From NCBI RefSeq assembly GCF_009914755.1, contig NC_060940.1: a stretch of 64,000 bases of DNA. The stretch is one strand, 5' to 3'. Source of the DNA: the human T2T-CHM13v2.0 reference genome, Homo sapiens. The translations under genes and the position numbers were made by a program. A model generated the notes under the pieces. That model was not told the origin of the DNA and did no database searches. It worked only from the letters and a program-made list of their open reading frames with translations. Shown here in pieces: positions 1 to 14,937 of the stretch (its first letter is position 1; the number at the start of each line of letters is the position of its first letter).

Positions 1-330
1 GGAGGCTCAAGACAGATCTTGGGTCAAAGCCAGGGCAATAGGGTGAACCCCACCAACAGGCAGAGAAGCAGCCGGGAGTACTATCTGGAGGGTCACCAGC
101 AGCAGAGAGCTAGGGAAGGCTTGTGTTGCCACTGTCCCAAGTGCACGGATGTCCAGGTGATATCGGGTACAAATTCCCTTTTATGGACCTGAAAATCTGC
201 TCTCAACATACTCCATGGACCAATGATTATTTTTGCCTTTCTCTTGGGAAAAGAGAATGGGATGAGTAGACTATGACAATAAAGTATTTTGCACCAAGAT
301 CCAATGGCCCCTTCCCCAAAAATATATATA

Positions 331-630
331 TTTTTTTTAGATGGAGTCTTGCTCTGTTGCCCAGGCTAGAGCACAGTGGCATGATCTCGGCTCACTGCAA
401 ACTCCACCTCCTGGGTTCAACTGATTCTCCCGCCTTAGCGTTCCGCCTCAGCCTCCTGAGTAGATGGGATTACAGGCGCACATTACCGTCCCTGGCTAAT
501 TTTTGTATTTTTATTACAGGCGAGGTTTCACCATGTTGGCCAGGCTGGCCTCAAACTCTTGACCTCAAGTGATCAGCCCACCTTGCATCCCAAAGTGCTG
601 GGATTACAGGCACGAGCCACCGTGCCTGGC
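331..630 (-). mobile_element. Alu
   Basis: Antisense Alu dimer. Confidence 0.95.
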
Positions 631-669
631 ACCCTAAAGATAAATTACACTTAGTGTAACAATATGTAT

Positions 670-782
670 AACTATACCACCTGCTTCATAGGATTGTTAT
701 GAAGATTCAGTAAGTTCATCTCTGCAAAGAGCTTAGAACAATGCCTGGAACACAGCAAGCCCTATATAAATGTTAGTTATTA
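670..782 (+). mobile_element. MIR
   Basis: CATAGGATTGTTATGAAGATT..CTTAGAACAATGCCTGG. Confidence 0.7.
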
Positions 783-1275
783 CAAATAAAATAAATCAGG
801 GGAAGAGAACATGACTTGTTTGCAAAGGTGCCGTGAGAAGTCTCTCTCTGTCCAGACATTATGCTCACATGCTGTTTAAATGTTTTGCATGAGACTAAAA
901 AGAGGCCTGCATCCCCAGTGCCCCAGTAAGGAAAGAAAGTTATATTTAAACTGCCCCTAATGGTGGAAGAGGGTTACACCTGGAGACCATTATGGGCCGT
1001 CACTTTAGTCCAATGCATAAAGGGATCAGGTCACCTCCCACCTAGGAAGCAAGATCCCCTGGGCCCTGGAGCCTGACGGAGCTTGGTGCCTGGCACTTCT
1101 GTATTCTGTTCTGACTTTGTAAGGGTGAGCAGGGCATGGGGCAGTCCTTATATCTAGGGAAGCTTGGGCCTTCAGAGGAGCCCCAAACTCAGAAGTGGGC
1201 TGTAGACTGTGTAGATCATATGCAAGTATTACTAAACTCCATCAGCAGATGAAGAAAAGGTTAAACACCTTTGGA

Positions 1276-1566
<291 letters not shown>

Positions 1567-1689
1567 TGGATTTTGGCTTTCATTGTCTGGAAACTTCTAG
1601 CTGTTGTGTTGAAGGGAATCAAAGTAAATTCTAGCCCATAGAAGTGAATACAAAGAAAAGGGAGGAGGAGAGACTTAGATTCAGTATTC

Positions 1690-2620
<931 letters not shown>

Positions 2621-3169
2621 TGCTTTTATTGGCCACAATATTTTGGAAGACTGAAGTTAACACATGGTCTGAGCAGCTTACTCTTGTCCCCCTGAAGAAT
2701 TCTAGGAACTGTGTGAGGCTGCAGTGGTCAGAGGGGCTGCTGAGCCATGAGAAGAAAAGGGACACTGGAGCTGCGCAGCAAAAGGGCTCTGAGGTCGCCA
2801 GAGTGGCTGCCAGATAAGGAACAGTGGGAGGGAGCGGCTGGAGGGAACATTTGAGCAATTTTCTCTCTCTCTTCTTGGTCTTCTTGGCATTCATCTTCCC
2901 TGTGTCAGGGGACCCCTGCCTGCAAAACCGAGGAATCCGGTCATTTTTTAAAGTATAAAAATTGCCAGCATCCTGTTCTACCAGGACAAAGTCATCATGG
3001 AAATGATAATGACTGACGCCTTCCTGGGGATAAGTGGTTAACACGGTACCCGACGCAGGTAGAGGGCCTGTTGGCAGATGCGTCGTGGCTTGGATTATTC
3101 TTTCTTTAGAAAATGTTAAGAATTCATGTATCCGGGAGATAATCCGAATGTGCATCACGAGAAGAGCAG

Positions 3170-3450
3170 CCCAGTAAAGGATTGTTGTGTTCTTAATGAA
3201 AGGACATTACGCAGCCGTTCACAATGATGCTTGTAATAATAAGGAGGTTGTTGATATTATATGAAAAATTGCAGCACACAAAACCGCAAATAATGTAGGA
3301 ACTCAGCTATGCAAAAAAAATTTTTAAAAATTAGGAAGGAAATATGCCAACAATGTTAATAGTTATTACCTCTGGGTGGTACAGAATTACGAGTGATTTT
3401 CCTCTCTTCTTCCAAAATGTCTTTTGATTGCATATCTATTACTTTTATAA
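3170..3450 (+). mobile_element. L1ME-type 3' fragment
   Basis: GGAAGGAAATATGCCAACAATGTTAATAG..CTCTGGGTGG. Confidence 0.5.
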
Positions 3451-4069
3451 TCACACACACACACTCGCGCACACACACACACCTGCTTATTATTAAAAAA
3501 AATGTTGCAGAGATGAAATGTCTCTGAATATTTTAGTTCACAAATGTGTAACTGTAAGCTGTGGACATGAATACAGATGACCACTGATTCATTTATTCAG
3601 AAGCAAGAATGCTGAGATTTTTCAGGAATAAGAAAGTAAAAGCAAAATCTCCTAGCAAAGTGCCTTACCTACTTAAACAGGAAAAAAATTATTCAAATTA
3701 TTTAGAGAGTTTATGGGTATGGACTAACCTCTGGGTAATTTAGTAGCCTACCATACAAGGTCCTGCTAAAAATTATAACCCTACTCATAAAACGAATGTC
3801 ATCTAGTTAGGCCCCAAATATAAAATCACCCCAAATTACAGATTCAATATATTTTGTTCAGTTGCAATATTATTAGCAAACTGTTTTGCCAAAACATGTT
3901 TAATGTAGCAGCTAAACCCTGGCAGGCTAATGATCATTACCTCCTGGTAGAGAAAAGTTAAATGAAGGAGTTTTCCTACTCTGATCCCAGGATCAGCAGT
4001 GCTTGCTCAGGGAGGTTAGCACCACACGGTGAAGGGTGAGTGGGTTTGGGAGGGAGGCGGCTTTGGCAT

Positions 4070-4230
4070 TGAGTCTTGGGTCTGCTGCTTACCGAGCTGT
4101 GTAACCTTAAGTAAGGTATTGATTCTTCCTGAGATTGTTTCTAATCCCAAAATAAAAATAGTAGCGCCTCACTGGACAGAATGGTCATGAGAATAAGAAA
4201 GTGTGCATGTAGAATAAGTAGTAGAGAGAC
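4070..4230 (+). mobile_element. MIR
   Basis: AGCTGTGTAACCTTAAGTAAG core-like motif. Confidence 0.55.
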
Positions 4231-4312
4231 TGGCTTGCCCTGGACACTAAATGAATGGATAAATGAATGGACAAACAGTCCAAGCAAGTGAGTTTTTTCT
4301 ACCTGTCCATTA

Positions 4313-4619
<307 letters not shown>

Positions 4620-4689
4620 GTGCTTGTTCGAGTAAACACTGGGGCTGCAAGAGTGGGGCAGATTGCTACGAGTAGGCTAACCTCTCTCT

Positions 4690-5035
4690 CATTTCCTCCT
4701 TTTTCTCCCATTTTTGCCTCTAGTATAGAGGATGCCAAAGCAACAACATGGTTTGCAGCCTCCTCTCTAGTTAGAGGTGGCCAAGTGGCAAGGAGACATG
4801 AGGAGAAATTGGCTGGGGGATTCCAGGGAAACTTTTGGTTTCTTGATAAAAGGGTTAGGTGTCAGTGGTACTGCCTCCCTTCCTGCCTTCTTCTCTTAAA
4901 CAGTGAGGTGATGGCTGGGCTACAGCAGCCATTTTGCAACCATGAGGAAAATAACAAGAAATTGGCAGAGACACTGGTCATGACAGTGTAAACCAAATAA
5001 GTCAATGGTCGGAGCTGCCTAGCCTTGTTATTATG
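4690..5035. mobile_element. LTR16/LTR33-like ERVL LTR fragment
   Basis: GATGGCTGG..CAGCAGCCATTTTGCAACCATGAGG. Confidence 0.55.
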
Positions 5036-5037
5036 TG

Positions 5038-5157
5038 GAAAGAAAGACGAAAGAAAGAAAAGAAAAGAAAAGAAAAGAAAAGGAAGGAGAAAAGAAAAAA
5101 AGAAAGGAAAGAAAGGAAAGGAAGGAAAGGAAGGAAAGGAAAGAAAGGAAAGAAAGA
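5038..5157. repeat. GA-rich purine tract ((GAAAA)n/(GGAA)n)
   Basis: About 120 nt, almost all purine. Confidence 0.95.
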
Positions 5158-5192
5158 GCGAGCCAGCCCTGCTTTATTTAAGATACTTTTTA

Positions 5193-5496
<304 letters not shown>

Positions 5497-5549
5497 TTAA
5501 AAACCTGTAGCCAAAAGTATTCCTAGTGCATACCAATCATGACTAATTA

Positions 5550-5850
5550 GGTCTGGTCCTTGCACTCATGGAGTTTACCGTCTACTGGGGATGAGGACAA
5601 TAGAAGGGCCTCACAGCTAAATGTCAAATTAGAATATATTATTAGCGTTACAAAGAAGGGAGTGCTTGGCCCACTCCTTTATATAGCAGGGGTTTTCAGC
5701 CAGCTGCAGGGGCAAGGGCAGCTTTCCTCAGTGGGTGATGAGAATGCTGGGGGAGCAGGGGTGAAGGAGAGAATTCCTAGCAGAGTGAACAGCAGGTGCA
5801 AGGCCCTGTGGCAGGAAAGGAGAGCACAGAGTCTGAGAATCTGTCAGAAG
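5550..5850 (-). mobile_element. L2 fragment
   Basis: CTCATGGAGTTTAC..AACAGCAGGTGCAAGGCCCTG. Confidence 0.55.
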
Positions 5851-6764
5851 GTTAGAAAGCCCCTGGTCCGGGAGGGTGCTGCTGGGCTGCTGCACCATGT
5901 CCCCTACTGCTTTCAGCTCCCAATACTGGGTGGCTTGTTACCTGCAGGCAAACACTCTCCTAAGTGATCCACCAGCTTTCCCGGCTGATCACAAGAGAAA
6001 AGGATGAGTCCACAACTATTTGACAGGCTTAGCAAGTCATTTAATCCACATCTCTAAGGAGCCAGCATTGCACTAGATAACAGTGCCCTTTCTAAAACAG
6101 GAAAACTGCCCGACATAGCAATATAATGGGGCCCAATTATGACAAAATATCATAGTAACTCCAGGCCAACTAGGATAGTACTTAAAATATAGTGGGCAGG
6201 ACGGCAGAGAGAGTAAATCATCAGAAAGAATGGTTCTGCCTCATAAATGGCACCAGAGACACTCAGAATGGTTTCACATCAGACTTTTAAAAATCAGCAG
6301 AAAAAAATAAATCCTCCTCTGGCTGCCCTTTTTTTTTTTTTTTTGTAGAATAAATGAACCGAGACAGACTTGTTTATCGAGAGCTGAGGAGGCTCACATG
6401 TGAGTGGAGAGAGATGTCAGAGTCATTAGCGGTGATAAAGGGACGCCATTCACTGTGGGTATGATTTAAGGCAGGAAGCTCAACCAAGAGCAGTTTTTGC
6501 AATGGGCCTGATGATTTGCTTTCCCCCAGTGGGGAAGGAATTAGATGGACACCATTAATCTGTTCACACAGGCCATCAGAGAAAAATCATGGTTGAAGAG
6601 TAGGTTGGGTACATGAATTTCTATGGGACAGAAGCCCCTTTATGGACAAATGAGACATCTGTTAGGGTTTGATGAGATGGCTCACAGTTAACTGCGCTAC
6701 ACTTTGCACTTTCCAGTATATGATGGTAATCACCATAGTCTATGTGCGTGCCTCTCTCCTCTCA

Positions 6765-7226
<462 letters not shown>

Positions 7227-7765
7227 TTAACACACTGTAATCACATAACCAATAATAAGCTATTACCTAAAGAAACACTCTACAAGTAAAAGCAACTGGT
7301 TGCATAGCGTGACATGTTAGAAATCACACAGGCAGGTATGAGGAGCCCGTGAAATAACTGTGGGATTTTAAACTATCGGACAAGATGAGGAAGGTAGAAA
7401 ATTCCTAACTAAACATATTAAAGGAATTCCAAATGTTCCAAGATGATAAAAAGATAATGATTGCCAACCTTAAATAGATATGGGAAAATTTATTTCACTC
7501 ATTGCAAAAACATAAAATCTATCTGCTCAAAAGAGTTACCGCTGAATGCCTGCCACCTTCCTCCAAACCACCGTGGAGCTTTCACTGTTCCTTTCCTATG
7601 GTGATCAATGACCATTTATTGGGTGATACAGGATATGCACCCTGCACTGAAAAAATCAGGGGTAGTAGATGGATGTTCAGATGAAGACATGAATGTTCAA
7701 GGGTAGTTCAGAACATTGCCCAATAGCTGCTTCTCAGTTATTTTATTATCAGTGGGGAAACGACA

Positions 7766-8262
7766 GTTGTTGGGGATCCCAAAGATCACCCCCAGATTGA
7801 ACTGTTTGTTAGGAGGACTCACAGGACCCCGCATATTGTCATACTCCTGGCTGTGATTTATCTCAGCAAAAGGACAAAAAACGAGATCAGCAAAGGGACT
7901 GGAGGCGTGGGACAAATACACAGGGAACCAGGCACCAGTTTCCTCTCCCAGTGCAGTCACACAGGATGTGCTAACTCCTCCAGCAATAAGCTGTGACAAC
8001 ATGTGTGGCATTTTGTCTATGGGTCATGAGTGACCCAGCACCCAGGGCTGTTGTTGAAGCTGGTCACTTAGGCAGCCTCTGTCCAACATATACCCAAATT
8101 CCAGACTCCCAGAAGGAAAGGTGGGTGTTCAGCATACACCACATTATAGGAACCACCCCAAAATCCAGGTTCTCAGATGCACGCCAAGTGCTAGCCTTGT
8201 GAATGGGGCCTTTTGAAGGGTAAGTCTCAGGACTTCTCTGCTAGTGAAGTCTTTTCTGCACA
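7766..8262 (-). mobile_element. MER21-family LTR
   Basis: Reverse complement starts TGTGCAGAAAAGAC; GGAGGACTCACAGGAC and TCAGCAAAGGGA motifs. Confidence 0.7.
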
Positions 8263-8269
8263 GAAAGAC

Positions 8270-8745
8270 TATTCAAAAAATGGAAATGGGGCCACTGGCA
8301 TAACCAAGTGGAAAAAAAATGAAATAAAATTGTGATCCTTATCCCCACCACACAAAAGCCAATCCCAAATAAATTAAATATAAAACACCTTTTCAGCTCT
8401 TAAAAGAAAATACAGTAGACTATCTTTATGACCTCAGGATAAAGAACGATTTCTTAAACAAGACCCTAAAATGCACCGGTCATAAAGAAAATGGACAAAG
8501 TGGACTACGTTAAAACTTAAAAATTCTGTTCATTGAAACAATGTAATTTTTAAAATGAAAAGAAAAATCTAAGAAAAGATAGCAGCAACTGATATAAATT
8601 GATAAGGGATTAACCTGTAAATACACAAAGTACTCTAAGTTACCAAGAAAAAGTCATTTATCTCAATGGAACAAACAGGCTGAGATGAACAGAGAATGCA
8701 GAGAGATGGAAATCCACGTGCTCAGAAAACATACGAAAGACACTC
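8270..8745 (+). mobile_element. Old L1M fragment (ORF2 3' region)
   Basis: TATCTTTATGACCTCAGG..GATTTCTTAAACAAGAC, A-rich. Confidence 0.65.
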
Positions 8746-9012
8746 GGCTGAGCACGGTGGCTCACACCTGTAATTCCAGCACTTTAGGAGGTCAAGGCAG
8801 GTGGATCACTTGAGCCCAGGAGTTTGAGAGCAGTCTGGGCAGCACGGTGAAACCCCATCTCTACAAAAAAATACAAACATTACCCAGGAGTGGTGGCTCA
8901 CACCTGTGGTCTCAGCTACTTGGGAGGCTGAGGTGGGAGGTTCACGTGAGCCAGGGCGACAGAGCAAGACCCTGTCTCAAACAACAAACAAAAACCAAAA
9001 AGAAAGAAAGAA
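8746..9012 (+). mobile_element. AluJ-like, right arm internally deleted
   Basis: TTGAGCCCAGGAGTT diagnostic. Confidence 0.9.
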
Positions 9013-9018
9013 AGATGT

Positions 9019-9294
9019 GGCTGGGCGTGGTGGCTCACACCTGTAATCTCAGCACTTTGGGAGGCTGAGGCGGGTGGATCACGAGGTCAGGAGATTGAGA
9101 CCATCCTGGCTAACATGGTGAAACCCTGTCTCTACTAAAAATACAAAAAATTAGCCGGGCGTGGTGGCAGGTGCCTGTTGTCCCAGCTATTTGGGAGGCT
9201 GAGGCAGGAGAATGGCGTGAACCCAGGAGGCGGAGCTTGCAGTGAGATTGTGCCACTGCACTCCAGCCTGGGCGACAGAGCAAGACTCTGTGAA
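9019..9294 (+). mobile_element. AluY-like
   Basis: GAGACCATCCTGGCTAAC, AATGGCGTGAACCC, GGAGCTTGCAG diagnostics. Confidence 0.92.
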
Positions 9295-9315
9295 AGAGAG
9301 AGAGAGAGAGAGAGA

Positions 9316-9371
<56 letters not shown>
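9295..9371. repeat. Compound STR (AG)10 + (AAGC)14 in an Alu tail
   Basis: Direct count. Confidence 0.95.
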
Positions 9372-9725
9372 TCAACTTCTCTAAGAATTATAAAAAGGAA
9401 ATTAATACCACAGTGAGGACTTATTTCTTCTTCTAGCCAAGGAGGAGGAACACACCCTGGGTTTACCCTCCTGCCTGGAAGAATTAAAAAACTGGACAAG
9501 AAACACGAAGCCACGGTACTTGAGACATGGACTAGCAGGCTACGGCAGCCAGTGACCCGTAAGAGACAGGACGCTAGTGAGACAGGCCCTACAGGCGTTG
9601 GACTGCAGGATTTCTAGGCCATGCTACAGAGAGGGGAACACAGGAAGGGTCTGACAGTCTCCCTGAGATGAGAAAATAGAGCTGGGAGTGCAGGCATCAA
9701 AGCATTAAGAGTTTGAAGGACAGAA

Positions 9726-10032
9726 GCCAGGCGTGGTGACTCACACCTGTAATCCCAGTACTTTGGGAGGCCGAGGCAGGCAGACTGCTTGAGCTCACAA
9801 GTTCAAGACCAGCCTCCTGGGCAACATGGCAAAACACCATCTCCACAAAAAATACAAAAATAAGCCAGGCATCGTGGCACATGCCTATAATCCCAGCTAC
9901 TTGGAAGGCTGAGAGTATGGGAGGATGACTTGAGCCCAGGAGGTTGAGGTTGCAGTGAGCTGAGATCACACTACTGAACTCCAGCCTTGGGCAATAGAGC
10001 CAGACCTTGTCTCAAAAATACAAAAGTAAAAA
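9726..10032 (+). mobile_element. AluJ-like
   Basis: Dimer. Confidence 0.92.
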
Positions 10033-10323
10033 TAACAGATTAGACACTACAAAAGGAAAGATCAATGAACTTAAAGGCAGTCCAAAAGGAAATATAGAGG
10101 GGGAAAAGAGACAAAAACAGTAACAAACACTCTCGGAGTATCAGTGAGCTGTGGGACAACTTCAAGCAGGCTAATAAGTGTGCAACAGAAATCCCTCAAA
10201 CAGAGGTGGGGACAGAAAAAATACGTGAAGAAAGGCGGGCTGAAATCTCTTCAAATATGATGCGAGTTATGAATTCACAGACTAAGAACCTCAATGAACT
10301 CTGAATGAAAGAAACATAAAGAA

Positions 10324-10890
10324 GACCCAGCAATCCCATTACCAGGTACATACCCAGAGGAATATAAAGCATTCTACCATAAAGTCACATGCATGCGAAT
10401 GTGCACTGCAGCACTGTTCACAATAGAAAAGACATGGAGTCAACCTAAATGCCCACCAACGACAGATTGGATAAAGAAAATGTGGTCCATATACACCATG
10501 GAACACTACACAGCTATAAAAAAAGGAACGAGATCATGTCTTTTGCAGGAACATGGGTGGAACTGGAGGCTATTATCTTTAGCAAATTAACCCAGGAACA
10601 GAAAACCAAATACTGCATGTTCTCACTTATAAGTGGGAGTTAAATGATAAGAACTTATGTGTACAAAGAAGGAAACAACAGACACTGGGGTCCGCTTAAG
10701 GCGGGAGGGTGGGAGGAGAGAGAGGAGCAGAAAAGATAACCATTGGGTACTGAGCTGAATACCTGGGTGATGTCATAATATGTATAGCAAACCTGTTACT
10801 GTGGAAGTTAAAATATGCAACAATAGCACAAGTTACCTATGTAATAAACCTTCACATGTATCCCTAAACCTAAAATAAAGATGAAAAACA
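10324..10890 (+). mobile_element. 5'-truncated L1PA/PB 3' end inserted in the older L1
   Basis: GACCCAGCAATCCCATTAC..GATAAAGAAAATGTGG..TTCTCACTTATAAGTGGGAG; TSD AAGAAACATAAA; the ORFs here (WIKKMWSIYTMEHY) are ORF2 C-terminus remnants. Confidence 0.9.
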
Positions 10891-11115
10891 GAAGAAACAT
10901 AAAATGACACCAAGGCATATTATAATCAAATTGCTTAAAACCAACGATAAAGAGAAAATCTGAAAAGCAGCCAGAGAGAAAAAACACATTATACAGAGGA
11001 AAAGGTAAGAATTGTAGCAGTTTCTTCTTGGAAGTACTGCAAGCCAGAAGAAAAAAAAAATTTAGGTACTGAAAAATCAATACAAAACAAAATTGTCACG
11101 CTACAATTCTATGTC

Positions 11116-11420
11116 CCGGCAGGGTGTGGTGGCTCACGCCTGTAATCCCAACACTTTGGGAGACTGAGGTGGGCAGATCACCTGAAGTCAGGAGTTCGAG
11201 ACCAGCCTGGCCAACATGGAAAAACCTCGTCTCTACTAAAAATACAAAAATGACCTGGGTGTGGTGGCACACACCTGTAATCCCAGCTACTTGGGAGGCT
11301 GAAGCAGGAAAATTGCTTGAGCCTTGGAGGCAGAGTTACAGTGAGCTGAGAGTGTACCACTGCACTCCCGCCTAGGCGACAGAGCAAGACTCTGACTCAA
11401 AAAAAAAAAAAAAAAAAAAA
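11116..11420 (+). mobile_element. AluS
   Basis: Dimer; TSD AATTC(T/G)ATGTCC. Confidence 0.95.
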
Positions 11421-12033
11421 ATTCGATGTCCAGTGAGACAAACTTTCCAAAACAAAGGTAACATAAAAACTTTCACAGACATCCTGAAAAAGTACATCAT
11501 CAGCAGCCTGGGGGCTGGTTACAAAAAGAAGGGTTAAAGGAAGGCTGGAAGCAGAAGAAAGCCAATACCAGATGCGGCTCTGGATCTAGACAAAGGCACG
11601 AAGCCCACCAGAAATGGCAACTATGTGGGCAAACACAGAATCCTTTTTTTTTCTTATAATTTAAATTTCTTTGAAAGGAAATTGTCTTTGTAAAAGAAAA
11701 AAAATCACGACAGCATATGGCAGGGTTTTTAGCATTTATTTGTGGAAGTAAAATATGTGACACCCATAGCACAAAGCACAGGAATGGAGGAATGGGTGTC
11801 TATTGTTATCAGGGTCTTATGTAATACGCAAAGTGGGGTGATATCGCTTGCAGGTGGACTGTGAGAAGTTAAAGATGTACACTGTGCACGCTAATGCAAC
11901 CTCGAAAATGCTACAATAAAGGGTTATAGCTAATGGGCCAGGTGGAACTCAAGTGGGATCAGGAAAAATAATCTAAAAGAAGTGAGGAAAAGAGGAAAAA
12001 GGGGAACAGACAACATATAGAAAAATGGGAAGT

Positions 12034-12116
12034 AGTGTTACAACTCTTTTGGAATCCAGGCTTTCCAGAGTTTACTCCCAAAAAATAAAAAAAAAATTAA
12101 AAAAAAAAAGAAGAAG
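12034..12116 (+). pseudogene. Retroposed U7 snRNA pseudogene with poly(A) tail
   Basis: AGTGTTACAACTCTTTTGGAAT..CAGGCTTTC matches U7 (CAGTGTTACAGCTCTTTTAGAATTTGTCTAGTAGGCTTTCTGG...). A-rich tail at 12080-12116; flanking direct repeat AATGGGAA(G/A)TA at 12024-12034 and 12117-12127. Confidence 0.8.
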
Positions 12117-12174
12117 AATGGGAAATAAATGGCAACATGGTAGGTTTGAATTCTACCAATAGAAATATCAATAA

Positions 12175-12456
12175 GGCCGGGCATGGTGGCTCATGTCTGT
12201 AATCCCAGCATTTTGGGAGACTGAGGTGGGCGGATTGCTTGAGCCCAGGAATATAAGACCAGCCTGGGCAACATGGCAAAATCCCACCTCTCTATAAAAA
12301 GTACACAAATTTGCCAGGCACAATGACTGGCATCTGTAGTCCCAGCTACTCAGGAGGCTGAGGTAGGAGGATTGATTGAGCCTGACAGGGTGATGCTGCA
12401 GGGAGCCATGATTGCACCACTGCATTCCAGCCTGGACGAAAAGGGGGACTCTGTTT

Positions 12457-12500
<44 letters not shown>
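12175..12500 (+). mobile_element. AluJ-like with (TAAA)n tail
   Basis: Dimer. Confidence 0.92.
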
Positions 12501-12502
<2 letters not shown>

Positions 12503-12647
12503 CACATTCCATAGAAAAGGAAAAAAATCCCTCTATAGGCACATCATACTGAAAAATCACTCATGGAAAAATACATCACCTGAATAGCCTTGTAGCTATT
12601 AAATAAATTAAATGTGTAAAAACCTACACACAACGAAAACTCCAGGC

Positions 12648-12748
12648 CCATGTTGCCTGTCTGGTCTCAAACTCCTGGGCTCAGGCAATCTGCCCGCCTC
12701 AGCCTCCCAAAGTGCTAGAATTACAGGCATGAGCCACCGCGCCCGGCC
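12648..12748 (-). mobile_element. Alu left-arm fragment
   Basis: CCCAAAGTGCTAGAATTACAGGCATGAGCCACCGCGCCCGGCC. Confidence 0.9.
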
Positions 12749-13634
12749 TTAACGAGGAAACTTTGGGCGTGACACGTGCACTCATTATTGTGATTGTAGT
12801 TTCACAGGTATATACATATGTCAACATTTATTAAATTGCACACTTCAAACGTGTGCAGTTCATTGCATGTTAAATATAACATATAACCCAATAAAGCTAC
12901 TGAAAAACTGTTCACTGTGTGCGCATTTTTAAATGTCTGCCAATTATATCTCCATAAACCTAAAAGAGGAACACCACGCAGTGCCCGTCTCACACCCAAG
13001 AGACTGGTCAAAATTAGAAGCCCAACAACTGAAAGTGTCGGTGAGGAAACAGCCAGTGGACATTCGCACACATTTCTGCTATGCGTATAAATTAACATAC
13101 CATTTCGTAGACAAAATCTAGCAATATCCTGGAATGCTGAAGTGATTATTCCAGAATCTCTTGCATATGGGCACAGTAACAAAGGAGAAAGCTCACTCAT
13201 AGTGGCATAATTTGTGGTAGCAAAAGGCTGAAAACAACCTATGCCCAAACACAGCACAATGGTTAACTAAATTGTGTTATACTCATATATGGTAATACTC
13301 TACAACAATGAAAATAAATGAACTAGAATGATCCATATGAATGATCCATATGAATACAGAAGGCTTTCTAACATACAGGGAAACAAATCTGTAAAAGAAA
13401 ATATGTGAGATACGATACCATTTACACACAGTTTAAAAACATGTGAAATAAGCTTATATATTTCTGAGGAATACATACAAATATTAAAAGCATACCTCAG
13501 AGATATTGCAGATTCAGTTCCAGGCCACGACAATAAAGTATCTCAATAAAGCAAGTCACACAAATTCTTTGGTTTCCCAGTGCATATAAAAGTTATATTT
13601 ACACTCCGCTGTAGTCTATTAAGTATGCAAGACT

Positions 13635-13928
13635 GGCCGGGCGCGGTGGCTCATGCCTGTAATCCCAGCACTTTGGAAGGCTGAGGTGGGCGGATCATGA
13701 GGTCAAGAGTTCTAGACCAGCCTGACCAACATGGTGAAACTCTGTCTCTATTAAAAATAAAAAATTAGCCGGTTGTGGTGGTGCACGCCTATAATCCCAG
13801 CTACTCAGGAGGCTGAGGTAGGAGAATCACTTGAACCCAGGAGGCAGAGGCTGCAGTGAGCAGAGATCTCACCACTGAACTCCAGCCTGGACAACAGAGC
13901 GAGACTCCATCTCAAAAAAAAAAAAAAA
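13635..13928 (+). mobile_element. AluS in Tigger1
   Basis: TSD AAGTATGCAA. Confidence 0.95.
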
Positions 13929-14620
13929 GTATGCAATAGCATTATGTCTAAAAAAAATACATACCTTAATTAAAAATACTTTATTGCTAAAAAAAAAAAT
14001 GCTAGCAATCATCTGAGCCTTCAGTGAATCACAATCTTTTTGCTAGTAGAGGGCCTTGCCTTGATGTTCATGACCTCTGACTGATGAGGACGCTAGCTGC
14101 TGAAAGGTGGGGTGGCTGGGGCAATTTCTTAAAATAAGACAACCATGAAGTTGTCTGTATCAACTGACTCTTCCTTCCATGAAAGATTTCTCTGTAGCAT
14201 GTAAAGCTGTTTTGTTTAATAGCATTTCATCCACAGAATGTCCTTCCAAATTGCAGTGAATTATCTGAAACAATGCCACTGCATTGTGAGTTTATGGAAT
14301 ACTCTAAATTCTTTGTTGTCATTTCAGCAATGTTCGCAGCATCTTCACCAAGAGTAGATTCCATCCCAATAAACCACTCTCTTTGTTCATTCCATAAGAC
14401 GCAACTCCTCATCTGTTCAAGTTTTGATCATGAGATTGCAATTCAGTCACATCTTCAGACTCCACTTTTAATTCCAGCTGTCTTGCTATTTCTACCACAT
14501 CTGCAGTTCTGTCTTCTACTGAAGTCTTAAACCCTTCGAAGTCATCCATGATGACTGGAATCGACTTCTTCCAAACTCCTGTTAATGTTAATATTTTAAC
14601 CTCCTCCCACGAATCACAAA

Positions 14621-14937
<317 letters not shown>

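Larger units (their letters stand above)
9420..13486 (+). mobile_element. Old L1M remnants (5'/ORF1/inter-ORF and 3' pieces) fragmented by Alus, an L1P 3' end and the U7 retrocopy
   Basis: AGTGAGCTGTGGGACAACTTCAAG, ATAATCAAATTGCTTAAAACC..GAGAAAATCTGAAAAGCAGCCAGAG, AAGTTAAAGATGTA motifs. Confidence 0.65.

Noticed and set aside
7697-8011. 104-aa ORF
   Set aside because: Lies mostly within a MER21 LTR; no coding evidence
10393-10643. ORFs with L1 ORF2 similarity
   Set aside because: Frameshifted remnant of a truncated L1
14227-14530. Transposase-like ORF fragments
   Set aside because: Decayed Tigger1 with deletions, stops and Alu insertions
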